Positions 37,201 through 47,365 of a DNA stretch of 64,000 bases are shown here, one piece after another. The notes beneath the pieces were generated by a model. That model had not been told where the DNA came from and did no database searches. It saw nothing but the letters and a program-made list of their open reading frames with translations. The stretch lies in the IMG/VR virus record IMGVR_UViG_3300042891_002054. One strand, written 5' to 3'. Positions within the stretch are counted from its first letter, which is position 1; every line of letters starts with the position of its first letter. Source of the stretch: a virus (lineage: Duplodnaviria; Heunggongvirae; Uroviricota; Caudoviricetes). Both the position numbers and the translations under genes were made by a program.

Positions 37201-40200
37201 ACAATGTCTATTGCAGACAATTATTTTAACTGTTCTCTTGATTTAGAAAATCAAATTTTAAGACCATCATTTAAATGCCAAGAATTTAATCCTCGCATTG
37301 AATCTTTAAATGGATTAAATGAAAAAAATGGAATAATTTCATTTGGGTATAGTGAAATTGAATTCATTAATCAATTTTCTGCAACATCTACTGAAAATTG
37401 TAATCCATTCGACGTTATTTCGTATTCTGGTGATTTTATTTTGTCTCCGCAATCAGATAACTGGGTTGATACAGAAAATAAACCTATTATTAATATTGTC
37501 AATGCAGATACAGAAGCGCTTTCAACAGCTTTATCGGTTCCAGGACAAGTATATAATGACTGGAACACATTTTATTCAACCAGACCATATACGGTAGAAT
37601 CAGATAAATTAACAAATGTTACTGTCCAAAATGACACAAATAGAGTGACATATGGAGTAGGTACTGCATTAGTTAAACAATCCGATACCGTTAAAGAATT
37701 AGCTTCAAATATTATCCCGTTTGCAAGAAGTTCCATTATTCGGTTCTCAGCATCAAATCTAGCCCCGTTAACAAAAATGTATGTTTATATTAATGGAAGA
37801 TTGGTGAATGGGTATGTAACCCCTTCAGAAAACCCGATAGGAAAAATTGAAACTGCAACCATAACAAATAGAGGTTCTGGATATTCTTCCAGCAATACAA
37901 TTGTTTCTATTCAAGGAGCAAATACTTCGACTGCAACAATTTCAGTCGAAGTATTTTCTGGAACAATATCCTCAGCTGAATTTACTTCTAAGGGTAGTGG
38001 ATATTCCCCCCAAACCCCTAATACTGCAATTACAAATATCACATACACCATTTCAGGAACAGGTTCTAATGCTTCCTTTTTATTATCAACAACCCCAGTT
38101 TTAGGCAGCGATTTGTACTCAAATGAATTTGGAAATTGTTCTGGGTCATTAATAATACCGAATGATGATATTTTAAAATTCCCTTCCGGAGAATTGCATT
38201 TAGTTATTTGTGATAACCCCAATTATGATTTTAATTCTTGTGCGAGTAAAGCAGAAGCAACATTTTTTTCTTCTGGAAAATCAGTTGTTCGTCAACAAAC
38301 AATAACTTCAATTAGAGAACCTTATATAACTGTTGTCAATCAAGATAATACTCCTAGCCCAACTCAAGGAGCAAAAATTATTGCTCAAGATGTAACTTAT
38401 ATTGTCAGAAACGATATTGATAATATACCATACACAAGTTTACAAACTGGAACAATTTCTATTCCAATTTATTTAAATAAAAAACCAAATAGTTCTGTTA
38501 CTGTTTCTTGGGTTAACGCATTAACTGATCAATCGGCGAATACAACATATAGTATTTCTCCGAGTACATTGACATTCACAACTATGAATTGGAATACTCC
38601 ACAATTAATTTCAATTCCATACAATTTAGGGGCAAAACAATCCGTTGATTTAGATAATCATCTGTTTTCTTATCTGGAATTTTACGGTTCATCAACTGAT
38701 AGTGGATACAACTACACTGGACCAAAACCAGCTAAATCTTGGTTAAATACAAATTTAACAGGAGTAACCTATTCAAAATTGATTGCTGAATCAAAACGTT
38801 TAAATTCGCAAATAGCAGCAAAAATTTCATGTAGTTCTATCCTTGATATGAGACAAGATGGGCTAACTGATTTTATAGTTACTCCATCCGGTTCTCTATT
38901 GACAGAGTATTTACCAATAACATTTACTGTTTCTTCATCAAATACCAGCGTTTGTACAATTAATGGGATAATACCACCAAATAGTTCTATTATCCAAAAC
39001 ACAAATACCATTACAGTATCAAACATTCAAGATTTTAAAGATTTTCGAGTAAGGTTGAAATTTGGAGAAACAGGGCAATCATCTTCTACTATTACAGTTA
39101 CTTCAACAAGTGGAGCAAGTTATTGGAATGGTGTTGTTGGAACAACACCATTCAACCATATTTCTACTGTCCCAACAATAAATCCAGCAATAGTTATTTC
39201 TTCTTCTTCATTAAGACAAACGACTGAAGACGGAGGAACAACTGACGTATATTTTCACCTAAGCAAACAACCATCCCAAGATGTTTATGTATTTGCAACA
39301 TCAAGCGATACAACAGAAGGTACTATCACAGGAAAACGCCAAAATGGAACTACTCTTGTTCCAGGAAATACTATGGTTGTGTTTACTTCTTCTGATTGGT
39401 CAACCGATAAAGGTGTTCAAGTAACAGGGGTTGCCGATTCTGTTATTGACGGGAATATAACATATTCAGTCAATTTATCGACATCTTCAGTAAATAGTTC
39501 ATGGAACGGATTAACAAATTCAGTTAATGTAGTGAATTTAGATAAGACTATCTCAATTCCTGGAAAATTAATCATAACACTATCAAGTTCTGAACCCCCA
39601 AGCGGCGGAAAGTTTTATACAACTACTTTGGGTGGGACAGTTACTGCAACAGTTTCGTTATCAAAACAACCAGCATCTAATGTCACCATATCGACATCAG
39701 TAAACCCTAGCACGATTGCTACTGTTACCGCAGGGGCATCATTAACATTTACGCCATTAAATTGGAATGTAGGTCAACCAGTTGTATTTACTGGAGGATC
39801 AGAAAACCAAGATCTTGTTAATTATCCGTATGCTGCACTTTTTGGGAGTTCTGATGCAACTAATTTCCCTTCTGAAATTATAAACCTTATCAATAAAGTA
39901 CAATCAAAAACAAGAACTGTATTAACTCCGATAACGAACTCAACCTATACTGTTGTATCTGACTTGGATCCAGATACTTGGGTCCCTGAAATTGCATCCG
40001 TTGAAGCAACCCTTCTTGGATTTGGCGGAGGGTTGAAGAGTGTGAAGTGGAACGCAACAAACGAAGATCCAACTTGGCGCACAATAACAGAGAAAATTAC
40101 CGACAAATCCGGTGTCGGCATGGCTGGATTAAGTGTAGTGGTTCAAGGTGACGAAGATGATGTAGCAGGAGGATGGGTTCAAGCACAATTAAAAATAATT

Positions 40201-40776
40201 TTAGCTCCAGGAACTCAGTGGACGTCAGGGTTCCCGACACATGTATTTGACAACCTAACTTCTCTTAGTGAAAAATTTGTAAAATACGATAATTATGCAC
40301 AAAATAAACCTTCTGGCGGTGGATACTCTGTAGTAGATAAAAAAACAAAAGGTCAAGCCACAATAAATATTTTAGCATACGAACAAGATGCTAAAATAAA
40401 TGACATAAATTATTTTACGCGAGCTCCGTTCCATGGTTGGACTGTAACCCCTATATGGTTTGCTGGCCTAACTCCAGAATGGAGTTACTATAATACGAAA
40501 GTTGTCGAAACAAAAACAATTTCAATAAAAACTGAAGTTTTTGATAGTATTTCAAATCAATTAATCAGTTCAACAATATCGCATTCAGAAACATTAACGA
40601 ATACTGTTTGGGAATTTAATATTACAAATAAGGCAAATAAATTATATTCCCAAGGCGCTTACGATGCGTTGAAAACTTGGCTTGCAAAATTTCCTAGCAC
40701 GACTCACAATGCGTATTTTGGATCAACTGAGTATGATGCGTTAATTGAATATCTTAACACACTTAAAGCGTTTTAA
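34234..40776 (+). CDS. large VrlC/DUF4815-like virion structural protein (N-terminal part) with Ig/Calx-beta-like and CBM-like inserts
   Basis: FNTQPYHDDF...FHKILFKPG.AVQARELTQ.Q.ILQ.Q, DPAQGS.NY.APGADR, YLGRIDK, RYTM.DIG.L..R..N.EYYTSL. Confidence 0.8.
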   Translation: MSLNFNTQPYHDDFEEDKNFHKILFKPGVAVQARELTQSQTILQDQIGKLGKFVLSDGSKVNGGRYFVDTNALSLKLVNSNDLATNIQYFSDLYIVGTTSGCLGIITDIDVVNYYLTVKPIINISKNFSSGETLNIFSSKDLAIQSLSNSSLQTNYTATLETDTTTTVSGCNGTLNSTEFYMTTISVEVGDVLSIQSSNNPYDKYVVTEITSNGVFVNKPLDESYSNVTITVTKFASRYIMEIGFDSGVYFTNNNFVKALPQTTIPNLKTQYPSCVIGYEVVETIVDFVDDTSLLDPAQGSNNYTAPGADRYKIYLKLVSKPFVSGEIQNLTDNKFIELLRIKDGKIVSDTTGAKLGAIEDILARQMYDHAGNFVVKDFNLSFHDSDFSESASTMQAEISPGKAYVFGYEFTNNSPQFFQVKKGRDVATSLNNEMSMYYGNRISITNPFGEFLNAASSAKVELHSTDTVSANSSTLVGYAFVRNLKQVSDSEYYLNLYNVSALDISAVKSVVKPTGLDYNTKLFSANTVLTNGVLPVVDSTYNSLLYQLPYNYVSSLSNVQFSTDIFDTVTVSANSATLHTNSLNKIFSAGTGTLSTELKKSTFVIVAQTTNGAYSAGEYIDLSNVSIVVQQGISEYTATITFTNGYNGQIGIKYAIDILSATPKTKTEQSGAVSAVDAKISPTSLGIADISKFLGVFYTPYSDNQTISVTYNGSWSSSTTYSKYNVVLVGEELFVSNEDNNLNIKPDNVNPQWSKLENVTPKYNLNNGQTEAIYDHGYISAKSFENEKQVFVLFNYYTHSSTGDYISYASYPTQYSQIPKHNINAKTYDIRNYFDFRPRRTNNAPSYSFDTYQIPSTLFDGIFFDMQYYLGRIDKLILTDAKKFQWLIGVPSYTNYVQPADMSNAMTIATVQINPYTASPSEISITYKKHKRYTMDDIGNLDTRLSNVEYYTSLNMVEKDVMSRNIYDTTTGERMTNGFVVDPFIGYGTMSIADNYFNCSLDLENQILRPSFKCQEFNPRIESLNGLNEKNGIISFGYSEIEFINQFSATSTENCNPFDVISYSGDFILSPQSDNWVDTENKPIINIVNADTEALSTALSVPGQVYNDWNTFYSTRPYTVESDKLTNVTVQNDTNRVTYGVGTALVKQSDTVKELASNIIPFARSSIIRFSASNLAPLTKMYVYINGRLVNGYVTPSENPIGKIETATITNRGSGYSSSNTIVSIQGANTSTATISVEVFSGTISSAEFTSKGSGYSPQTPNTAITNITYTISGTGSNASFLLSTTPVLGSDLYSNEFGNCSGSLIIPNDDILKFPSGELHLVICDNPNYDFNSCASKAEATFFSSGKSVVRQQTITSIREPYITVVNQDNTPSPTQGAKIIAQDVTYIVRNDIDNIPYTSLQTGTISIPIYLNKKPNSSVTVSWVNALTDQSANTTYSISPSTLTFTTMNWNTPQLISIPYNLGAKQSVDLDNHLFSYLEFYGSSTDSGYNYTGPKPAKSWLNTNLTGVTYSKLIAESKRLNSQIAAKISCSSILDMRQDGLTDFIVTPSGSLLTEYLPITFTVSSSNTSVCTINGIIPPNSSIIQNTNTITVSNIQDFKDFRVRLKFGETGQSSSTITVTSTSGASYWNGVVGTTPFNHISTVPTINPAIVISSSSLRQTTEDGGTTDVYFHLSKQPSQDVYVFATSSDTTEGTITGKRQNGTTLVPGNTMVVFTSSDWSTDKGVQVTGVADSVIDGNITYSVNLSTSSVNSSWNGLTNSVNVVNLDKTISIPGKLIITLSSSEPPSGGKFYTTTLGGTVTATVSLSKQPASNVTISTSVNPSTIATVTAGASLTFTPLNWNVGQPVVFTGGSENQDLVNYPYAALFGSSDATNFPSEIINLINKVQSKTRTVLTPITNSTYTVVSDLDPDTWVPEIASVEATLLGFGGGLKSVKWNATNEDPTWRTITEKITDKSGVGMAGLSVVVQGDEDDVAGGWVQAQLKIILAPGTQWTSGFPTHVFDNLTSLSEKFVKYDNYAQNKPSGGGYSVVDKKTKGQATINILAYEQDAKINDINYFTRAPFHGWTVTPIWFAGLTPEWSYYNTKVVETKTISIKTEVFDSISNQLISSTISHSETLTNTVWEFNITNKANKLYSQGAYDALKTWLAKFPSTTHNAYFGSTEYDALIEYLNTLKAF

Positions 40777-40802
40777 TAATTTTTAAAATAGAGAACTTTT
40801 AC

Positions 40803-42254
40803 ATGATAACAAATTATTCTCAAGCAAAAAATATAGTTGAAAATAAATTTCTAACTTCTCAATATATACAATCAAGAAATATTTCCGAAGAAAGAAAATA
40901 TTTCCCAGAAGAAATACATTATTGGGCAACTAAAATTATAAACACAAATATGTCGGAGTCTGAATTAAATTCAGACTTTGACTCTGTGTATTTGTCAACA
41001 CAACAGTCAAACCTTTCGTCATTAAAATATAATGATTATATTGGACAAACTATTTTTATCGATTCAAATACAAACCCAGACGGGTTATTTTTATCGTCAA
41101 TAGGGGTATTTTTTTCATCAAAGGATTCAAGAACCCCCATTTCTCTTGAATTAAGGCCATTAGTCAATGGATACCCATCATCTACAGAAGTTGTTCCACT
41201 ATCAAAAGTAACTCTGTACGCAACAAACGTTATTGAAGCTACATTACCATTAACTTCCTCATCTGCAACAAAATTTACTTTTGATTTTCCTGTATTCTTA
41301 GAACCAGGATATTATGCATTTGTATTATCAACAAATTCATCCAATTATAATGTTTATATTGCAGAAAGAGGAGCAGCTGATCTATACACTAAAAAAACTA
41401 CTGTTAATCCATATAATGGATCATTTGTTGTATCGCAACAAGGGGTTTCTTGGAACGTTGAGCAAACAAAAGACTTATGTTTTACATTAAATAAAGCTCA
41501 ATTTGACATTGGGACAAAAACTTTAGAAATAATATCGAACCCTTCTATTTTCGATTTTACTACAGTAAATTTACAAACAAAAACTCAAGAATTTGGCGAA
41601 TCAGCATATATTTCTGACTCATCAGTAACTGTACAAGACTCAAGCACTTTGCTGGATAGCACGTTACCAATAAAATTAAACAAAAATATTAACATTGCTA
41701 CAAGATCAAGCGCAAACACCAATGGGGTTATATTTTCTATAGATTTAACAAATACATCAAAAAATATATCCCCTTTAATTGATTTGCACAAAACGGGTAT
41801 TAATTTAGTAACAAATTTAATTGATAGTTACTCAACAGAAATTTCAAATTCAGAATTAACATTAAGCGGTTTAGCTCAATGCAAATATATAACAAAACAA
41901 ATAGAATTAAATGACAATTTCGATGCAGATGGAATAACAGTTTTTATCGATGTAAATAAACCTGCTGGAACAGAAGTTGAAGTATTTTATAAAATACAAA
42001 ATAAATATGATTATTCAAACGAATTTAAAGATTTGGGTTGGACAAAAATGTCAAAAACTAGTCAATCTATTACATCAACAAATTTGCAAGATTTTGTTGA
42101 AGAAACTTATCAAAATGTAAATTTATCATATTACGATAGTTTAGGCAATTATCATAATAATTTTAAATATTTCGCAATAAAACTTGTTATGTATACAAAT
42201 AATCCTTGTACTGTTCCGTTAATTAAAAATTTAAGAGCAATAGCTACAGTTTAA
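40803..42254 (+). CDS. VrlC/DUF4815-like protein, C-terminal part as a separate gene
   Basis: GQT.F...GLFLSSI.VFF..KD, NGYP, ATKFTF..PVFL, SQQG.SW..EQ.KDL.F, FKYFAIK.V, P.IKNLRAIA. Confidence 0.75.
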   Translation: MITNYSQAKNIVENKFLTSQYIQSRNISEERKYFPEEIHYWATKIINTNMSESELNSDFDSVYLSTQQSNLSSLKYNDYIGQTIFIDSNTNPDGLFLSSIGVFFSSKDSRTPISLELRPLVNGYPSSTEVVPLSKVTLYATNVIEATLPLTSSSATKFTFDFPVFLEPGYYAFVLSTNSSNYNVYIAERGAADLYTKKTTVNPYNGSFVVSQQGVSWNVEQTKDLCFTLNKAQFDIGTKTLEIISNPSIFDFTTVNLQTKTQEFGESAYISDSSVTVQDSSTLLDSTLPIKLNKNINIATRSSANTNGVIFSIDLTNTSKNISPLIDLHKTGINLVTNLIDSYSTEISNSELTLSGLAQCKYITKQIELNDNFDADGITVFIDVNKPAGTEVEVFYKIQNKYDYSNEFKDLGWTKMSKTSQSITSTNLQDFVEETYQNVNLSYYDSLGNYHNNFKYFAIKLVMYTNNPCTVPLIKNLRAIATV

Positions 42255-42496
42255 TGATTATGTTAGATTTTAGAAAAATTGAAGATTCTCCAGGTTGGAT
42301 TAAAAATATGGAAAATAAAGCCATTTTAAATTCTAACCTGGAAGCATTAAAACAACATAAAATAAATAAACAAAAAAAATTACAATTTGATACAATGCAA
42401 AATGATGTAAATAATTTAAAAAATGATATTCAAGAATTAAAATGTGATCTATCAGATATAAAACAATTATTAATACAATTTGTTAGTAATAAATAA
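42254..42496 (+). CDS. small coiled-coil hypothetical protein
   Basis: 80 aa; AILN...EA ... DVNNLKNDIQELK..L..IKQLL; conserved position before gp13. Confidence 0.65.
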   Translation: MIMLDFRKIEDSPGWIKNMENKAILNSNLEALKQHKINKQKKLQFDTMQNDVNNLKNDIQELKCDLSDIKQLLIQFVSNK

Positions 42497-42526
42497 TTGT
42501 AAATTTTATTAAAACGAGGGTTAAAT

Positions 42527-43273
42527 GTGGCTGAAATAACATCTAGAAGCGAATTGAAAGATTATTGTCTTAGACGTTTAGGTGCACCAGTAATCAAAAT
42601 AAACGTTGATGATGATCAACTAGAAGATAGAATTGATGACGCTCTTCAATTCTACCAAGATTATCACTATGACGCTACTGAGTTATTTTATTGGCAACAC
42701 GTTATCACACAAAAAGATATTGATCAAAGATATTTCGATGTTGATCCAGGTATTTTAGGTATTACTAGAATTTTTCCTTTAAATGATACTATCACAAAAT
42801 CAAATATGTTTGATTTGAGATATCAATTGCGATTACATGAATTATATGATTTCACATCAACATCATATACAAATTTCAATATTACAATGCAACATCTTAG
42901 AAATTTGGAATTAATGTTTACTGGCGAAATTCCGATTAGATTCCAACGCCATACCCATAGATTATACCCTGATTGGGCATGGGGAACACCACAATCACCT
43001 ATAGGAATGATGGTTGTTGCAGAAGGTTACAAAGTAATTGATCCAGAAACTTATGAAAGCGTATATAATGATCGTTGGCTAAAACAATATGTCACAGCAT
43101 TGTTTAAACGTCAATGGGGAGAAAATATGAAAAAATTTGGCGGAATACAATTACCAGGTGGACTAACATTAAACGGTAAAGAAACATTTGATGAAGCTTC
43201 TCAAGAAATTGAAAAATTAGAAAGCGAGATGCAAGATAGATATGAATTACCTGTTCAATTTATGATCGGATAA
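42527..43273 (+). CDS. 13: neck protein gp13
   Basis: SRSELKDYCLRRLGAPVIKINVDDDQ, WLKQYVTALFKRQWG.N..KF.G..LPGG. Confidence 0.93.
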   Translation: MAEITSRSELKDYCLRRLGAPVIKINVDDDQLEDRIDDALQFYQDYHYDATELFYWQHVITQKDIDQRYFDVDPGILGITRIFPLNDTITKSNMFDLRYQLRLHELYDFTSTSYTNFNITMQHLRNLELMFTGEIPIRFQRHTHRLYPDWAWGTPQSPIGMMVVAEGYKVIDPETYESVYNDRWLKQYVTALFKRQWGENMKKFGGIQLPGGLTLNGKETFDEASQEIEKLESEMQDRYELPVQFMIG

Positions 43274-43276
43274 TAT

Positions 43277-44152
43277 ATGCCAAGTAAATATTTTCAAAAT
43301 TACGGTCAACCTGCAATAGAGATAAATCTAGTTGAAGATTTATACAATGAAGCAATCTATATGCAAGGATTCTCCGGTTATTATATCCCAAATACGAATA
43401 CTGAAGCGCGAGATTTAATATATGGAGACGATCCTTTAAAAGCATTTACAGTTGCATATAAACTTGATATGTATCTAGTGAATACAATGGATTACGGTGA
43501 CGAACAAGATTTTTTCTCTAAATTTGGCCTAGAAGTCAGAAACCAAACTAAAATCCAATTTACATTTAAAGAATTTAATAAACAAACCCAACAAATTTTT
43601 GAAAGGCCATTAGAAGGAGATTTAATTTTTATCCCTTTTATGAAAAATAATGGAGAATTGTTTGAAATTAAATTTGTTAATACATCAAAAGATTTATATA
43701 CATTAGGTCGGGTTAGACCTTTTTATTATGAATTATCTCTTGAACCATTTAAATACAATGATGAAAATATTGATACAGGTATTGAAGAAATTGATGTTAT
43801 TGAAACATTAGAAGCATATAAAACTACCCTTGATGTCCATAGTGGAATTGGTAATTTTACTGTTGGTGAAATTATTTATCAGGGGAATTCTAATTCACAT
43901 ATTGCATCAGCAGAAGTTGCTGCGTGGGATTCTGCAAATACAATTTTAACAATATATGATGTATCAGGGGAATTCTCAAACACTTCTAATTTATTGATTA
44001 GAGGAGCATCAAGTAATGCTACATATTCTCTAACAACAGTTGATTCATTGACTCTTGGTTCCCAATTTGATAATGTACCAATATTAAAAGAAGTTGTTGA
44101 TTTTGTTGATAAGACAAAAGATAACCCATTCGGAAGTTTAACTTACTATTAA
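43277..44152 (+). CDS. 14: neck protein gp14
   Basis: E.I.MQG...YY.P, IYGDDP..AF, FSKFGLE, RP.EGDLI.IP, FEIKFV. Confidence 0.92.
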   Translation: MPSKYFQNYGQPAIEINLVEDLYNEAIYMQGFSGYYIPNTNTEARDLIYGDDPLKAFTVAYKLDMYLVNTMDYGDEQDFFSKFGLEVRNQTKIQFTFKEFNKQTQQIFERPLEGDLIFIPFMKNNGELFEIKFVNTSKDLYTLGRVRPFYYELSLEPFKYNDENIDTGIEEIDVIETLEAYKTTLDVHSGIGNFTVGEIIYQGNSNSHIASAEVAAWDSANTILTIYDVSGEFSNTSNLLIRGASSNATYSLTTVDSLTLGSQFDNVPILKEVVDFVDKTKDNPFGSLTYY

Positions 44153-44161
44153 AGAATAAAA

Positions 44162-45145
44162 ATGTACCCACCAACAAATGCACCAGCTTTAAATAGTAGA
44201 TTACAAGCAATCAGAAAAACAACAGTTGCATTCGCGAGTTTGTTTAAAGATATTCCGTTCATAAAATATGATGAGAACGGAAATGAAATTGATAAAATAA
44301 AAGTTCCAATTATATATGGAGATAAAGAGAAATATGTTAAGCGACAAGATATTTCTCACGAGAAAGTTCAAGTAACATTACCAAGGATTGAATATGGTTT
44401 AGTTAATATGACATATGACCCATCAAGAAGAACAAACCATTCAAATAAAATTGTTGGATGTTCTTCTAATGGTACAGTTTATGTTAATTCTCCATTACCC
44501 TATAATTTTAATTTCGAAATAGTGTTATACACAAGAAATGTTGAAGATGCTAACCAAATAATGGAATATATCTTACCATTTTTCTATCCTGATTATAATA
44601 TGAAATTAAATTTTGTTCCCGAAGCTGGGATCACAAAAAATGTTCCTATTACTTTTATGGGTGAATCTGAAGAACAAAATTCAACAGGTTCGTTTGATGA
44701 ACCTGTTAGATCAGTGTTTAGAACATTAAATTTTATAGCAAGAAGTTATATATATCAACCACCAAGATACGCAAAACCAATTCTTCAAGCTGAAACAAAT
44801 ATTATGGTCCCTTCTTCTCAAAATGAATACACATTAAATTCCGGTAATGGTTCATTTATTATTGGTGAAAGTGTTTTCCAAGGTTTATCGTATGATAGAG
44901 CCAGTGGAGCTGGAGTGGTGAAATCTTGGAACCCTAATACAAATAAATTGAATATTTCTATACAAAGAGGGAAATTTGTTGCAAATTCTGCAATTTCAAA
45001 TTTAAGATCAACCGCAACATATAATATTTTATCTACTCCAGATTCTGGGTTAGCATTTAGTTCTATAATTACTCCTGACCCAGACACATATCCTGTTGAT
45101 GGACCATATGATTATAATATTGTTATAAACGATTATTCAACCTAA
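44162..45145 (+). CDS. 15: tail sheath stabilizer gp15
   Basis: IRKTTVAF..LF.DI, KVPI.YG.KEK, LPRI, QI.EYILPFF.P. Confidence 0.9.
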   Translation: MYPPTNAPALNSRLQAIRKTTVAFASLFKDIPFIKYDENGNEIDKIKVPIIYGDKEKYVKRQDISHEKVQVTLPRIEYGLVNMTYDPSRRTNHSNKIVGCSSNGTVYVNSPLPYNFNFEIVLYTRNVEDANQIMEYILPFFYPDYNMKLNFVPEAGITKNVPITFMGESEEQNSTGSFDEPVRSVFRTLNFIARSYIYQPPRYAKPILQAETNIMVPSSQNEYTLNSGNGSFIIGESVFQGLSYDRASGAGVVKSWNPNTNKLNISIQRGKFVANSAISNLRSTATYNILSTPDSGLAFSSIITPDPDTYPVDGPYDYNIVINDYST

Positions 45146-45148
45146 ATT

Positions 45149-45580
45149 ATGAGCAAATTTAATAAAACAATGGAAGATATTTTTAATGTTACTCCATTGG
45201 AAGATGTGTTTGATAATGAACTCCAGGAATATATTCCTAGGGAATCTAATCTAGAGCTCTCAGTAGTGTTAGACCACGATTTAAAGACCGATTACGAGAA
45301 GACTCGGGATAATATAGACTCGTTAATCTCTAAAGGTACAGAAGCTATTGATGATATGCTTGCGATTGCTAGGCAGTCCGAGAAGGCTCGAGATTTCGAA
45401 GTCGCAGGTAACATGATTAAAACCGTTGTTGATGCATCAAAAGAATTGCTTGAAATACAAAAGAAAATGCGTGATATTACAGGTAAGAAAGAAAACCTTA
45501 CCCAAAATATAAAAAATGCCGTTTTTGTTGGTTCAGGAAAAGACTTTATTAAATCTATAAAAGATGAAATGAGCGAATAA
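45149..45580 (+). CDS. 16: terminase small subunit gp16
   Basis: DYE.TRDN...LI..G.EAI..ML.IA..SE..R.FEVAG, NAVFVGS. Confidence 0.92.
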   Translation: MSKFNKTMEDIFNVTPLEDVFDNELQEYIPRESNLELSVVLDHDLKTDYEKTRDNIDSLISKGTEAIDDMLAIARQSEKARDFEVAGNMIKTVVDASKELLEIQKKMRDITGKKENLTQNIKNAVFVGSGKDFIKSIKDEMSE

Positions 45581-47292
45581 TGTTAGATTTCGAAGAAGGT
45601 AAATTATATTATAGAGATAATCCCAATTTAAGGCGTAATGGGATTACTAATTGGGAGTATGAAGATTGGCAAAAAGATGAAATGCGCAAATGTATTCTTG
45701 ACCCAATTTACTTTATTCGCAATTATGTAAAAATTATCAATCTTGATGAGGGTCTAGTTCTTTTTGATATGCATGATTATCAAGAAGAAATGGTCAATGC
45801 ATTCCATAATAATCGGTTTTCTATTGTCCGTATTGGTCGTCAGTCAGGTAAAACCACAACATCTGTTGGTTATCTTCTCTGGTTATCTCTATTCACTGAA
45901 CGATATAGCATTGCTATTACTGCTAACAAAAAATCTCTAGCAGTTGATATTTTATCGCGATACCAATTAGCGTATGAAAATTTACCTATGTGGTTACAAC
46001 AAGGTGTTGTAATATGGAACAAAGGTTCAGTTGAATTAGAAAATGGCTCAAAATTATTAGCTGCTTCTACTGCCGCCAGTTCTGTTCGTGGTGGATCATT
46101 CAACCTTGTGTTTATGGACGAGTTTGCTCACGTTCACAACAATCTTGCAGAAGAATTCTTTACTTCAACCTATCCGGTAATCTCTTCAGGTAAAACTACT
46201 AAAATTATTATTGTATCTACTCCTCGTGGCATGAACTTATATTACAAAATGTGGATGGATGCCGTTAACAAGAAAAGCGATTATTTTGCGGTTGATATTC
46301 ATTGGTCAAGAGTTCCAGGTCGTGATGAAGAATGGAAAGAGAAAACCATTCGTAATACATCACAACGTCAATTTAACCAAGAATTTGGTTGCGAATTCTT
46401 AGGTTCTACAAATACATTAATTGATGGTTCAAAATTACAAGCACTTGTTGCAATAGACCCAATTGATCCAGATGATACAATGTTTAACGGCATTGCTCTT
46501 CCTGCTGAGATGGATATTTTTATCCCACCCGTTAAAGAATCATTTGACGACGAAACCAAAAAACAAATAGATAAAGATCATATCTATGCTATGACAGTGG
46601 ATGTTTCAGAGGGTAAAAATTTAGACTATGCTGCATTCTCAATTTTTGATATTTCTACTATCCCGTACAAACAGGTAGCAACATATAGAAATAATCAATT
46701 GCATCCAATGCTATTCCCTGATATTATTAAACATTGCGCTGAGTATTATAATAACGCTCATGTTCTAATTGAGATTAATAATAATCCAACAGTTGCTGAT
46801 ACGTTGTACCAAGATTTAGAATATGAGAACGTATTAAAGGTTTATGCAGGTAATAAAAAAGCTCAACAAATAAGCGAAAGCGGAAAAGCAACACAAAATG
46901 GTCTTAATATGAGCCCATTAGTAAAACGTGTTGGTTGTACTACATTAAAAACATTAATTGAAACTGATAAACTTCAATTAAATTCTGGTGATACAATATA
47001 TGAGTTAACCAGATTTATTGCTACTAATAATTCATTTGCTGCTGAAGAAGGAGCAAATGATGACTTAGCAATGACCTTAGTTATTTTTGCTTGGTTGACA
47101 ACTCAAAAATTATTTATTGAATTATCTTCAACTGATATTCGTAAAAGATTACAGATAGAAAATAATTACGTTAAAGAAGAAGAATATGATGTTCCTCCTA
47201 TGATGGAATTCCAAAGTTCTGTTCCAGAAAAATATACTCTTGAAGATGGTGATTTATGGGAAACCGTAGAAAGTGTCGAATATTACTTCTAA
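45580..47292 (+). CDS. 17: terminase large subunit gp17
   Basis: RQSGKTT Walker A, LENGS, FMDEFA Walker B, VSTPRG, DV.EG...DY, NDDLAM. Confidence 0.97.
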   Translation: MLDFEEGKLYYRDNPNLRRNGITNWEYEDWQKDEMRKCILDPIYFIRNYVKIINLDEGLVLFDMHDYQEEMVNAFHNNRFSIVRIGRQSGKTTTSVGYLLWLSLFTERYSIAITANKKSLAVDILSRYQLAYENLPMWLQQGVVIWNKGSVELENGSKLLAASTAASSVRGGSFNLVFMDEFAHVHNNLAEEFFTSTYPVISSGKTTKIIIVSTPRGMNLYYKMWMDAVNKKSDYFAVDIHWSRVPGRDEEWKEKTIRNTSQRQFNQEFGCEFLGSTNTLIDGSKLQALVAIDPIDPDDTMFNGIALPAEMDIFIPPVKESFDDETKKQIDKDHIYAMTVDVSEGKNLDYAAFSIFDISTIPYKQVATYRNNQLHPMLFPDIIKHCAEYYNNAHVLIEINNNPTVADTLYQDLEYENVLKVYAGNKKAQQISESGKATQNGLNMSPLVKRVGCTTLKTLIETDKLQLNSGDTIYELTRFIATNNSFAAEEGANDDLAMTLVIFAWLTTQKLFIELSSTDIRKRLQIENNYVKEEEYDVPPMMEFQSSVPEKYTLEDGDLWETVESVEYYF

Positions 47293-47309
47293 ACAAAAAG
47301 GTTAAATAT

Positions 47310-47317
47310 TATAAATA
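47310..47317 (+). promoter_or_regulatory. T4-type late promoter
   Basis: TATAAATA upstream of gp18. Confidence 0.8.
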
Positions 47318-47365
47318 ATCTCTATGAAAACTGAATTTCTATTTTTATAACAAGGAGTATTATTT

